From positions 62,001-126,000 of the forward strand of contig MCFE01000056.1 of NCBI GenBank assembly GCA_002104905.1: a stretch of 64,000 bases of DNA, written 5' to 3'. The position numbers were made by a program, and so were the translations under genes. Every line of letters starts with the position of its first letter. Positions within the stretch are counted from its first letter, which is position 1. The notes under the pieces were generated by a model. The model saw nothing but the letters and a program-made list of their open reading frames with translations, made no database searches and was not told the origin of the DNA. Positions 35,001 through 48,459 of the stretch are shown piece after piece. Source of the stretch: Basidiobolus meristosporus CBS 931.73 (Eukaryota > Fungi > Basidiobolomycota).

Positions 35001-37627
35001 CAGTGGCTTTCACAGGAGCCTGTAACAACTATAGCTGGGGGCTTAAAACAAGCAGAAAAGAAACATCAGGTTGTCAGAAGAGTGCCAGCAATGGACAAGC
35101 AGGCTAAAGCAGATGTGTCAGAGCAAAATTTATCAAGGAGAAAATGTAGTTCATTAAAAGAAGCACTCAGACAAAGTAGCAGTGAAATACCTGGCAGTGA
35201 TAAAGGAAAAGCTAAAGGGAAAAATGTCCACCCAAGCCAGAGACAGGGAAGCATACAAGAGAAGCTGCAGTTCTTACCAATTAACCCTGCAAGCCTGGAA
35301 CAGACTGAATCCCATCATAGCCAAGAAGAATTACCAACAAGAAAACAGCTGCTTTCACAAGAGTCAGAGGTGCAGCCAGTTACGCTACACTCCAGCAAGT
35401 TGGATGAGTTTGCAGAAAATGGCAAGTTGTCTACCACAGCCTCCCTGTCCTCCATTGCTGACAGAGTGGATATCCCACTGACAGACAAGGTTACAATGTC
35501 AAGAACTCAAAGACTATCACAATGCCTTCAGTGAAATTTTGGTACATTAATAGGCATACCAAGAGGTTGCAGCAGTTCTTCATGAGCAGTGCTCAAGAAA
35601 ACACACTTGAATATTGCAAGGATTTTTGCAAAGACTGGCAGATGAGGTGCTAGACCTTGCAGTGCTGGCTGAAGACCAGGATGTGTGGGAACCAGTGAAT
35701 GAACTGTGGCATAAAGCTGTTGGGTTCCCACCAAAGTCATGGAAATAGAGCATTACAGAAGAAATACTTACTGAGTAGTGGATTTTAATGGAGTTACTTA
35801 TTGAGTGTGGGGTTGGGCTTAATCTTAGTGCAGGGTATAGGGACTTGTGTAAGTCAATACAATTGGCAATTGAGGTACAATTGAAGTTGCAATGGAAATA
35901 AATCAATTTGTAGGCATGAAAAGTAACAGAAACATTTGAGTCAAGAAGTAAGGAGTGTGAAAAAGAGGCAATAGCCAATCAATGCACACAAATGTAGAAG
36001 GTGATAGAGTGTCTGGGATCAGAAAGTGAGCAAATTGGCAGGAAACCTATCAAAAGCCACTTATATATTGTTGTGACAAAAATTTTGACCAAGTTTTTTG
36101 TAAAATCTGAGGTGCAATTATATTTTAACAGTCACTGCATAGTGTCCTGACTGGATCAGTACCTCTTAGTCATGGGACTTTAAATTTGTGATGACCTTTT
36201 GATGGAATCATCTCAATAATTTCTCATAGGATAGCTGCTTGCCACTTAGAGAAGACTACTTTGACTTAATGTTGTAAGAGAAAAGAAAAAACACCTTGTG
36301 GCTATGCTAACAAGCCTCTCAACCATGAAGCACACAAATGGCATAGGAAGTATCACCAGGATCACAGACAATGTTCTGTCACACAAATCATATTTGACCA
36401 TTTGTCAGTCACTACTGTACCAACAGTATATTGCTGGCCACTTGATATTTCTATAACAGCACCTAGCCATACTTGTCACCATGCACAAACTGAGTTAGGT
36501 GAGTTTGTGACACCTTTTGGCTCAGCTCAGCCTTCTGAATACGGCATGCAGAGTGATAGCTCTGACAGAAGTAGGCTCACTGATGGATTGTGAGCCAATC
36601 TCCTCTAACAGCAGTACCTTGCATGGGCCTGCCAAAACCCAATATACAATAATATAACACTCATAACAAAATGCTAAGGATACTTTATGTAGTCAAGCAA
36701 GCCCAGTGATCCATTGACTGGTGAATGATGTGATGTTGTGGCTAGAGAAGTGGCATGTTTCCACTAATATAAGTAATGGGGGCTTGAGGATTTACTACTA
36801 ATTCTTGACAAAATCATCCCATGATGCAACTAACCTTATACATGGTAAAAATGGACAACCGTAATGCAGCTGGCAACATATGACCCAGAGACCATCCTGA
36901 TACCAGCATGTGTTAACAGTTGCATGGCATTCACATTAGAAAATGCCACCATTGCAAGGTGTCCAAATTGTCAGGAACCCACCACTGTTAGAGGAAAACA
37001 TATTTCACACTTTAAATATATTCCAGTAATACCCTATCAAAAGTAGATCTCACAGTCCAACAAATATTGTGAAGCTATAAAGTACCGCACTCAGTATCAA
37101 TCAGGTGCAAACATTATAAATAACTAAAAATGGGCTACTTTGAAGGTATGTATGACCATGACTTTGTGCATATAAAGTGTAATTTGGTCCTGTGGGTGGA
37201 TCAAATCCAGATCAGCCATCAAGATCCTATCAGGAGACTGTTATAACACCAGCACCTTGGAACTAGTGACACTCATACACAATCTTATGATGGGACCACA
37301 ATAGTGTTTGGGTAATTTACCACCAAATAAAGTTAAAAAACATAACAGTGTTTGTACCATCTTTTGCCAAGGGTGGCATGGCATTGTTGCAGTCTTAATG
37401 TACTCTGCAACTATTTGAGTGGTTCTAACTGGCCAGTACATCCAATTGCCTTATATGACATAAAGGTTGACTGTGCTTTGGCTGCCTCATCACAAGCCTC
37501 CAATGACATTGTATCAGTAGCATGGTGGCCAACCGCTAGTTCTGTATAATAATAACATACCAATGTACCAAATAGTATTTCCTTTTTCTACCACCCCTTG
37601 CCAACTCACATAATGCACTATTGAATC

Positions 37628-40600
37628 TTTTGTAAGAATCTTTGAGATATTTGAAGTGATTGAGTAAACAAGTAAATTATGTGGTTTTCATTTAATGATT
37701 TATTGTATGTAAAGGTAGTAGTTATACTTTTACATGACTTTGGCATAAAAACATGTATAATAGGCTTAGGAAGGTCCCAAGAGTATGTGTTTAAAGTTTG
37801 GGGCCATTTGGACAACTTTGAGAATTTTCATGTTTTGGGTATCTGATATTGTGGTGAAAATATTTCAAGTAAATCCCAATAAGGAATATGTCTGTATTTT
37901 CTAGGATTTGAAGGTAATGATTCAAGTCACTAAGTTAGGTGAATAGTTAGGTGGAATTACAAATTTTTAAATCACACCCACTCAACTAAATGTTCATACT
38001 GACAAGTTCTAATTCTGAGCTGAGATATTAAAACTTGTCTCTAGCTAATGGTTTGGTGAATTTGTCTGCAATCAATTCATCTGTAGGACAGTAAGCTAAG
38101 TTGACTAAGCTGCTCTGTATAGCCCTATAAAAGATAACTTGGTCCCATGGGTGGACCCAGTCCAGATCAGCCATCAGGATCCCATTTGGAGACCATCATA
38201 ATACTATAGGCTTGGAATTAGCAAACCTCTCATCAATCTTATGATGGGATCTCAACAGCATTTAGCTAATTTTACTGCCAAATAAAGTTATAAAACTTGA
38301 CAGGGTTTATCCTGTGGTGGATCTTCTGGCTTCCAAACTTTGTCCCCAATCAGCATTGGAGTATTCCACAAGATCCTGTTCAGAATCCTTATAGCTGTAC
38401 TTTAAGCAGATATTGGCAGTTCCTTTTAGGCATCTAAAATTCCACTTAACAGCTGCAATATATTCAGAACTATGGTTCTGATTATTTTGGCTGACAACTC
38501 CCACTGAATTTGAGATATCTTGATGTGTTCCAAGCATGCTATACATCAGACTGCTGACCACAGATTGATAAGTAAGCTTAGGGCTCTCAGATGGCACCAA
38601 GATCTATTAATTTGTTTTAGTTTTGACTACATTAAGGTTTGTCTCTGTTGGGGTAGCTCCCAGTTTACAGTCTTCAATTTGGTACTTTTTTAGTATATCT
38701 TGAATATACCTGGATTGACTCTGGGTGATAGTCTGGGTACTTCTGTCTATAGAGAGCTTAATCCCTAAGTAGTAACTGAGTTCTTGGTCAGCAAACCCAT
38801 CTGGCTGGTTCATGTACAGGTCTTCATCAAGTTCTTCATTCAAAATTCCAGCTTTTACATCCATTGAATGTATAAAAACTGATACTTGGCTGTAATAGCC
38901 AATATAAATCCAATGGAACAATACTTGGCTACTGGTGCAAAGTTTTCAGTATAGTCAGGTCCTTTTGTGTGACAATAGACTTGTTCTATTGGACTGTGCC
39001 ACATTGAGCTGTGAGTGCCAAATGATGCCATTGCATGCCAGGAAGACCAAGCAAACCTATACTTGGCTACAGAGTGTAAAACATAACTCTGCATCCTCAT
39101 GCCAAGCTGCCCTTGTGTTATACCCATTGTGCTGGAGAAAATCCATTTTTTGACCTTTTTTTTTAGGTCAATGTTGTGCAGGATGTGTAAGAGCACAAAA
39201 GGATTGAAGATATGCATCAGGTACTCAATACCCATGACACTCTGAATCTAACTCCTGTGGCTTTTAACATGTCACAAAAATGCATGGCACTATCTTGGTC
39301 CACTGGTACTATCTGGCACTATAAGTGCTTTGTATAGATCTTACTTTAGGGCTAATAATAAAATATAGTGCCAGATAGTACCAGTGGACCAAGATAGTGC
39401 CATGCATTTTTGTGACATGTTACAAGCCACAGGAGTTAGATTCAGAGTGCCATGGGTATTGAGTACCTGATGCATGTCTTCAGGTCTTCTGTGCTCTTAC
39501 ACATCCCACACAACATTGATCCACAAAAAAATGTCAAAAAATGAATTTTCTCCTGCTTCATAGGTGAGACACAGGGACTGCTTTGCATGAAGATCCAGAG
39601 CTATGTTTCACACTCTGTGGCCAAGTATAGGTTCACTTGGCCTCTCTGGCACACTATGGCATCATTTGGCACTTATGGCTCAATGTGGCACTATCCAATG
39701 GAACAAGCCTAATATCCATTGAACACAAGTCTTTCTTTGCATCTTTCAGTTGTACCATCAGCCTTGTATCTTGTCTTAAGATACCTCTGCATCCAATTGA
39801 TTTATGGTTGATTGGTAATTTGACCAAGTCCCAAGTTTGATTTTCCATTAGGGCCTGAAATTTATCAGTCATTGCAGATCTCCAAAACTTTGCCTAAGGG
39901 CTATTTAGGGCCTCTCTTATAGTATGAGGCTCAGCAATATGGACTGAACAGGCATAGGCTAAGTTTGTACCCTCATTTAAATAGTAATTTGGGCTTTTCT
40001 TGTCCAGCTGGATCTTTAGGCATTTGATACTGTATTGATCACTTCTGGGATATTCCTGGGCACAGCTTCAGACTGACAATAGTTGTAGAGTCTTCTGGAG
40101 CAAAAAAAGTGTTGTTGCTTTGCTCTGACTCAATCCTGACAATGGTAGACTTGAGATCAGATTTTATCATCACCAGTTGTCATTTTTTGTAAAAACTTTG
40201 CACTTTCATCAAGCAACACATCCCTGGACTTGATCAGCTTTGTTGCTTTGGTATTGTAGAGTCTGTATGCTTTACTCTTATTACAGTAGCCCAAGAATAT
40301 GCACTTTACACTTTTTGGCTTGAATTGTGACTAATTTCCATGCATTTCATGGCATATGCTCTACACCCAAATACTGTTAGATGTTCTGCATTTGGTGTGT
40401 ATCCATACCATGCTTCAAACAGAGTAGAATCACAAAGTATTCTGCTATAACTCCCACTCTAAATGTATACAGTTGTGGCAACTGATTTGGCCCAAAAATC
40501 ATATGATAACTTTTGATCATGGATCATAGATCTTACCATATTGATTTTTGATATGCTTGCATGCTCTGCTACTCCATTTGGCTGTGGGGAGTAAGGTATA

Positions 40601-42477
40601 GTAGTCTCTTGCTTTATCCCATTAATTTTACAGAAGTGGATGAAGAGTTTTGCAGTATACTTTCTACTGCATTGGATCTAATTTTCTTAGTTTTGATTAA
40701 CCCTGAGCTCTTGAATGGCTGTCTGGCTTGTTTCCCATATATGCAGGCTTCACAGTGCTCCAAATTAGCTGGGAGATCAGTTTTTACTCTGGAAATTTAC
40801 TAATCTTTGATCTTTTGTGCAAATAATATAAATCAATAAGTCCAAATCTCCTGTGCCAAAGCATTGGTATTTCTTCATTCATGTTACTTGTATTGGCTCT
40901 CAGATATGATGGAATATAAGTGAACTTATACAGATTCTGATCTCTGATACCTAAAGTAAGATCAGCACCATTTAAATCAGTGATCCTGCATCTAGAATGA
41001 TCAAAGCTGAAACTGAGTTCTTCTGCTGTGGCCTTGCTTACAGATAGTAGGCTCTTGGCTATTTCTGGTATATAGAGTACTTCTTCAAAGGTCAGTGGAT
41101 GGCTTCCTTCACTGCATTTAGGGTTTACTTAGATAGTTCCTTCTTTCACTGCATCAGGCATTCTATTGTCACCCATGAGAACCTTCTTAATTGAACTATC
41201 TTAATAGTGGGTAAAAAGTTTGTATTGTTGTGTACAGTGTTAAGATGTTTCAGAGTCAACATACCATATCTGAGAACCCTTGTTTGCGGCTGTATTTAGT
41301 GTCAATATGAGTAGTCTATCTTTAGTTGTTGCAGAATCTCCATATTTTTAGGCTTTCTATGCTGACCATCTCTCTTATTCAAGCACCAGTCTGATGTGTG
41401 TCCTTTCCTTTTGTAGTTGTAGCAAAACAAATTGCTATTGCCTTTAAATGGTCTTGGGTATCTTCTTATTGGTTATCACTGCTTATTAAAGCATTTTCTT
41501 CATTCTTCTTATTGGCACTTAATTATCTTAATGCTTCATTCAGGAGCCTTCCACATACATAATTTCAGGTCAAATCTTCAGTTCTGAGCTCTAGGGCTGA
41601 TATGAGGCACAGAAACCTGTCTGTCAGGCTATTCCAGATGGGACTGTCTCATCCTTATTGGTAGTTGGCTTGCCCAGAGATTCCATCTTACCTACCAACA
41701 GGCTTATTCTGTTAAATAGATTTTTCATTTCTTCTCCTGGCTGCATCTTTGTAGTAAGCAATTTTTTGTCTGAGATACATTTTCTTGACAGCAGAACATG
41801 ACTGGTAGGTGTCTTCATGTCTCTTCCAGGCATTCTTTGCTGCTTTAGCTCTTGAGCATTGAATTAGCAATTTGTTTTTGACATTGAGGCAAGTGCAGTT
41901 AAAGGCACTTTGTTCTTTTGTCTAGTACTTTAAGGATTCCTCTCCCTCATTTTTAGGAGGGCATTCTTCTCCTGTGACAATATCACAAAGATCTGATTAT
42001 TGCAGCAGCATCTGCATCTTCACCTTCCATACTTGGTAGTTAGATTCATTTAAATTTTCAGCATAGAGAAAATTCCAGTAAAAGTAGTAGTAGACATTGC
42101 AGAAGGTGACAGCCTGGGGCCCACAACCTGTTGAGAGAGTCTTGGAGATATGGGAAGTGATTGAGACAACAAGTAGATCATGTGGTTTTTACAGAACAAT
42201 TTATTTAATGTAAAAGTATTGTTTGTACTTTTACATGGTCTTGGAGTAACAAACACATGCAATAGGCCTAGGAAGGTCCCAAGAGTATGTGTGCAAAGTT
42301 TGGGACTATTGAGACAACATTGAGAATTTTCATGCTTTGGGTATCTGCTATTTTGGTGAAAGTATTTTAAGTAAGTCCCAACAGGCAATTTGGTCAGTAT
42401 TCACTAGGATTTGAAGGTAATGATCCAAGTGACTAAGTTAGGTGAATATTTAGGTGGAATTACCAATTTTCTCAACA
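37628..42477 (-). mobile_element. Copia family A element A3, minus strand, degenerate, 5-bp TSD GAATC
   Basis: GAATC at 37623-37627 and 42478-42482. LTRs ~37628-37975 and 42129-42477; PBS GGTTGTGGGCCC. The empty site is visible in C1 (~26945). It carries a MITE and a CMC left-end fragment (~38122-38305). Confidence 0.88.
38977..39710. mobile_element. Fold-back MITE (~330-bp inverted arms), 3-bp TSD AAT
   Basis: AGACTTGTTCTATTGGACTGTGCC...GGCACTATCCAATGGAACAAGCCT, with AAT at 38974-38976 and 39711-39713. It interrupts the A3 reverse transcriptase. Confidence 0.88.
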
Positions 42478-45400
42478 GAATCACCCCTCTTTATTTTCTT
42501 ACCCAATACTACCTTGGGTATTCCAGATGTAGTTTGAATCAAACAAAATTACGGCATCCTGCTTACTAACCTCAGCATATGAACACACCTGCTGCAATTG
42601 ACATACTTCTGTCACCTCAACTTTACGGCTTTTTAGTGTGATACTTGCATAACTTGTCATATACCTTCTATTACTGGTAACATACGCATTTTGCAAACAT
42701 ATGATTGGTTGCCACTACTTCTGCCCTGAATACCTCCTGCATATCTGTATAGAACTGTTTGGCATTTATTCAATATATTCCTTCTCCCTGCTGGATTCTA
42801 GTCTCCCTTATTGGTGTGCTCTGGCTCTTATTTATGCAAGTTCTGTATTGTTTGATGTAGCAATTGGCTTGTGACCAAGAGAAATCTGGCATACTGTGGT
42901 GCCGTTTTCCTAATAAAAATTAGTAGCTTGTTGCACCCAACCCAACTTTGCATTACTTAACAGATTACCCACACATTGGGACTGCTTAGCTTCTTAATAC
43001 CATAGGCATAGGTGTCTCCATGTGTGCATCTGTCCTTGGTTTTTCCAACCCTTCCTGGTTATCCTCCATGCACCAACTTATCATATTCATAACAGACCTG
43101 AAGGTAATATTCTTGATGAGATTGAGATATGCTAGTACCTGCAACTTGGCTGGTCTTCCTATCTCCCCACATATCCACTTCATAGGAAATTCCCAAAAGG
43201 TCAAGCAAGGCCCAACATTCCCAACACACCAAGCAAGGTGCAGTAGAGAATGGATACAGTAGCAGCAGAGATCTACATGTTCAGCTTTAAGTTTAAAATA
43301 TAGCCCCTTAAATCCCATCAAAAACCTCTTACTCAAAAACGGTAGATGCATAAAGTTGGCAGTAGTGAATCTGTTGCTGGATAAATATTCCTACAATGTC
43401 CACATATAACTCCCAATGCTTCCAATGTGTGCTTAGTGGAAATGGCTTCAGATGGCCACTTGAATAAATACATATCCAGCACATCCAGTCCTTGCTTTTG
43501 TATTGCAGCATATGTGTATGAATGTTGATTGGAGCCCATGAGAAGTACTTAGGATAGCAGATACTGTGTAATATCTTGCCAATTCTTTTAAATTTCCTGG
43601 TATCTCAAAGGGCTCATTTAGCTTGAAGTGCCCCATGTACAACTTGGTCATCAGTAAAGGTATATTGTTGAAAAGCAAAAGCATTGGTCCCAGTAGAAAG
43701 CTATTGTTCCAACAGATACCCTCTATCTCAAGTGTCTCTGGTTTTCATTCAATTCCATATTCTGACCTAAAGCTTATAGCATGCCAGCTTTGCTGCAATT
43801 GCATGCTCAGTTCTGTGTGTGCTCTCTGTGTGAAGATGATGTTCTTAGCGCTGGTGCTTGGGCAATAATAATGCAAGTCAGTTAAGGAGTAAATCCCCTG
43901 GATCTCACACACTTGAGAGCAATGCTGGCCATTGTGCCCATAAAGGCTGGCTATCTTGCTGATGGCTGGGGTATCTCCAATGCAGATCATAACATGAGCT
44001 TTGACATGACAGCCATTTATTGTTATCCTGCTGGAAAGCATACAGAATTCCTATAGTAATGGATACAGGTAGCTATCCAGGTTGAATGGTGATTTAGGCC
44101 CAGATATCAGTGAGACTGCCATCACATTTTGACTCTGATATTGTAGATAGGTGGCAGATTTGGGTTGATGAGAATCATTGGCCTGCAGGATTTGCTAATA
44201 GAGCACTTATTCAATGAGAATCCATCAAGTGACACAGTAAAGGCATGGTTGTACATGCCTTCAAAGTAGCCCTTGCTTCTTAGTGGTTTGTAATGTTTGC
44301 CATCAATATATATTTGCGCTTGATTGATATTAAGTGCAGTACTTTATAGCTTCACAATATATGGTTGGACTGCATGAGCTTCTTTAGACAGGGTAGTACT
44401 GGAATATATCTGGAGTGTGAACCTTGTTTTCCTCCAATGGTGGTGGATTCCTGACAAGTTGGACACCATGCTATGGTGGCATTTACAGATGTGAGTGCAA
44501 TACAACTGCTAATAAATGCTGGTATCAGGACAGTCCCTGGGTCATATATTGACAGCCACATGACAGATGTCCACTTGTACCATGTACATGGTGAGTTGCA
44601 ACCCTGAATGATTTTGGCAAGAAGTAGTAATAAATCCTCAAAGCACACATTACTGATATTAGAAGAAACATGTCACTTCTCTAGCCACAACATCACATCA
44701 TGCGCCAGTAGGTGGATTACTGGGCTCACTTAACTCCATAAAGTATCCTTGGCATTTTTTTCCATGGGTATTGTCTTGTTGCATACTGGGATTTTGCCAG
44801 GTTCATGCAAAGTACTGTTGTTAGAGGAGATTGGCTCACAATACATCAGTGAGCCTGCTTCTTCAGCATCATCACTCTGCATGCCATATTCAGAAGGCTG
44901 GGTGAGCCTAATGGCATCACAAACTCACCTTACTCAGTTTGCACAAGGGGACAAGTACAAGAAGGTGTTGTTATAGAAATATCAAGTAGCCAGTAAGATA
45001 TTGTAGGTACAGGGTGACTGATGAATGATCAAAGTGACTTGTGTAGCAAAACACTGGCTATGATCCTGGTAATACTTCCTATGCTGTCTGCATGCTTTGT
45101 GGCTGAGAGGCATGCTACAATAGACACCTGGTCTTTGTTTTCTTCCCTCATAGTTTTGAATCAAAGTAGTCTAGTCCATAGGGTAAGAAGTTTGACACAC
45201 AACAATGTAATGCTAATATATCATTTTTTTGACAATAGTTGTGTGTATTTACAACAGTCTTGTATTTGAGACATTGCACCTACATGAATGTAAGATTCAA
45301 CAATTACCTGCCATAGTAAGCATTATATATAAAGTTGTGGCACCACAAACACACAGATATGTAACACCATTTCCCCATTGGTTTGACTCACTTCCATATA

Positions 45401-45622
45401 TATGCCATCAAAAAATAATGCAAAGTTGTCTGCTTCCCAATCAAACTGCACCACTGTCAGCAGCAGAAGAAGGGTTGGAAAACAGCTTGCTTTGACATTC
45501 GGTGCAACATGCAGGGTTACTACCAAAAAAGACCCTGTGGACAGTGTGACAACTGAAGGTAATAATGCAGACTTCTCAGGCTCTTAATCAAGTAGGGCAA
45601 TTGGGAATCTCTGCAGAGCTGC

Positions 45623-46429
45623 TGTGGTGGTGTAGAGTTACTCCTAGGAGAAGCTACTCAACTCAAGGTGTGTGAGGTGTCTGATTGGTACAATAATCTC
45701 TGGATCTAGACAGCTGGTGTCTTTGTCAATATGCAACTATGGTAAAAGCTCCTGCCTCTATAGCTTCCTAGGTGCTCCAAGTATCTCCAAAGGCATCTGT
45801 GAGTCCTGTGCCCTACCCTGAAATGCTCCTTAATGAGAGGTATGAGGTGTAATTGTTGAAGGTAGGTGCAGTGATCAACTGCTAATCCATGAGGGAGAAG
45901 AGCTACTGATAGAAAGGATGATTTACTAATGAGGGATTGACTTTCCTTTGATACTTTTCCAGATTGCCAAGTGATCACTAATGACAACATTCTAGAAGAC
46001 TCCAGGCATAAGCGGAATTCTGGATGGCATCTCTATGAGCTAAAAATACTGCAAGAAGGACCTGGAAGGTTCTAAAAGGCACAGCACATCCAAACAATCA
46101 GGGAGCAGTAGTCTGAAACCTGTGTAACATAGAGATACCATATATGGTATTGAAATAGTAGGGATGGTAACACAGTCTTAGGTCATGTGTCACAAGTACC
46201 GATGCAGTACTTGCCTAATGTAGATACATATATTGATCACAAAGCTGAATAACATCTGGGATAACTAATGCTAATAACTAATTGGGGTAAACTTCATACG
46301 GGGATAATATTAACAATATGGGCAAAGTAGAATGGGACTATACTGATAAGATAAAATATGGATAAGTGCATCCTAATAGCCATGTGGATAAACTTGTCTG
46401 TGGGAGGTATGTTTACCTGCCACACCACA
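45623..46429. mobile_element. Unclassified 807-bp insertion with TGTGGTG...CACCACA ends (solo-LTR-like) in ORF2 of C2
   Basis: Absent from C1, where GAGCTGCAAGCTGACC is contiguous. It has short inverted termini with TG...CA; the TSD is ambiguous. Confidence 0.6.
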
Positions 46430-48459
46430 AGCTGACCATAATGCTGAGGCATATGTGAGTGTAGCAAAAGCAGCACCTTCAGTTGAAGACCAGCAAGTGG
46501 TCATCATAACATCATCACCACCCTTATTAGCCAGTATGCTGTCAGCTCATACAAAAGCATTAATGAAGCAATTAGGCAAAGTGGCTAATAGGATAGATGC
46601 AATGACCCAGAAAAATCAGGGAATATTCCAGAAACAGGATGAGTGGATGAAAGGTGTAGAGCAATCAATATCTCATGTACAGAACGCAATATCTTTGCTG
46701 CAAAGGAGAAACACAAGTAGTTTAATGTCACAGCCAGGAACTGAGCCACCTACTAATGTAACAACAGAGGAACACTATACAGTCTCTGAAGTGCAACAAC
46801 AGTGCCCAAAGATAAAGCCCACAAAAATGTCTATTGCAACATGGGAGGGAAAGACTGTGGTGTTTAAACTCAACCCTAAAATCAAAAGATATTGCAGATC
46901 CATGAAGCCATTGAGTGCAATGATGCAGAATTGGCTATTATTCAAGAGGCTGTTAGAAGTTTAGTATGCCAACACCTTAAAGTGGGCCTACCATGGGACC
47001 ATCAGGAACTCATGGCCAAAAGAATATCTCAAATATAGCAGAAACTATCCAAGGGAGAAGAACAAGGGTGCAATGACCAATAACCAGTGGCTTCCTCAAG
47101 AGCCCATTACAAGCAGGGCTGAGAGGTCCAGATAAGCATCAAAAAGATATCAGGTAGCTGGAAGAGTGCCAATAATGACCAAGTAGGCAGACACAGATGC
47201 ACCATCACAGCACTTATCAAGGGAAAAGTGTAGCTCCACTTAGGAAGCACTCAGTCAAAGAAGCAGTGAAGGACCTAGCAGTGATAAACAGGCAGCTATC
47301 TCAGGAGCCTGTTACAGCATTTTCAATCTAAAAAGCACTCAGACAAAGAAGTAGTGAAAGACTTGGCAGTGATAAAGGAAAAGGTAAAGTGAAAAAAGTC
47401 TACCCAAGCCAGAGTCAGGGAAGTGCAAGAAAAAAGCAGCAGTTGTTGCTAATAAATGCCATAAGCCTGGCACAGACTGAATCCCATCATAACCAAGAAG
47501 GATTACAAACAAGAAAACAGCTGTTTCACCAGAGCTGAAAGTGCAGCCAGTTAAGCTATACTCTTGTGAGGTATATGAGTTTGCAGAGAAAGGCAATATG
47601 TCTACCACAGCCTCCTTGTCCTCCATTGTTGACAGAGTGGAGATCCCACCAACTAACAAGTTAGCAGTGTCAAATATGCAAAAGGTTGTGACAATGACTT
47701 CAATGGAGTTTTGTAATATTTATAGGCACACCAACAGGTTGCAGCATTTTGTCTAGAGCAGTGCTCAAGAAAGTTCACTTGAATATTGCAAGAATTTACT
47801 GCAAAAACTGGCAAATGAGGTTCTAGACCTTGCAGTGTTTACTGAAGACCAGGATGTATAGAAACCAGTGAATCAGCAGTGGCATAGACCTGTAGGGTTT
47901 CCGCCAAAGTCATGTAAACAGAATGTCACAGTCAAAACACTTATTGAGTGGTGGATTTTAATAGAGTTACTTGTTGAGTGTGGGGTTGGACTTAATGTTA
48001 GTGTGGGGTATAGGGACTTGCATATGTCAATATAACTGGCAATTGAGGCCCAACTGAAGTTTTAAAGGAAATATATCAGTTTGTATGCATGAAAAGTAGG
48101 AGAAACAGATGAGTAAGGTAGTGAGGAGTGTAAAAAAGAGGCAATAACCAATCAATTCACACAAACATAAGAGGTGATAGAGTAACTGGACTAGAAAGTG
48201 AGAAAATTGGCAGAAAACCAATCAAAAGCCACTTTGATATTTCTGTGATGTAAGATTTTGACTAAGGTTTTTATGAAATCTTGGGTGCAATTATTTTTTG
48301 ACAGTATTTGCATAGTGTCCCAATGGGATCAATACCTCTTAGTCATGGAACTCAGAATTTGTGATAGCCTTTTGACAGGATCATCACAACAACATTTCAT
48401 AGGGTTGCCTTGACACCTGATGGATTCTGATTAGACAAGTACTCTACCAGCAAACCCTG

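Larger units (their letters stand above)
26494..36231 (-). mobile_element. CMC/EnSpm transposon copy C1. Degenerate transposase on minus (26500-27035 + 32070-33611, internal deletion); ORF2 on plus (~33834-35534); contains copia A2
   Basis: CCCTATGAAAAATAATTTGG at 26494 and CATAGGA at 36231. Collinear with C2, and sequence on either side of A2 is contiguous with 42481-42800. Confidence 0.78.
37169..48404 (-). mobile_element. CMC/EnSpm transposon copy C2, the most complete (~5.6 kb without insertions). Transposase on minus (~45200-42480, tail to ~37200); ORF2 on plus (~45402-47750)
   Basis: Tnp2/DUF4218-type motifs AHVMICIGDTPAISKIASLYGHNG..C..C, HSLLHLA..VG.VGP...FWEFPM..ICG and YIPVLPCLKK. 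Right terminus CATAGGG at 48404; left terminus degenerate. Confidence 0.8.
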
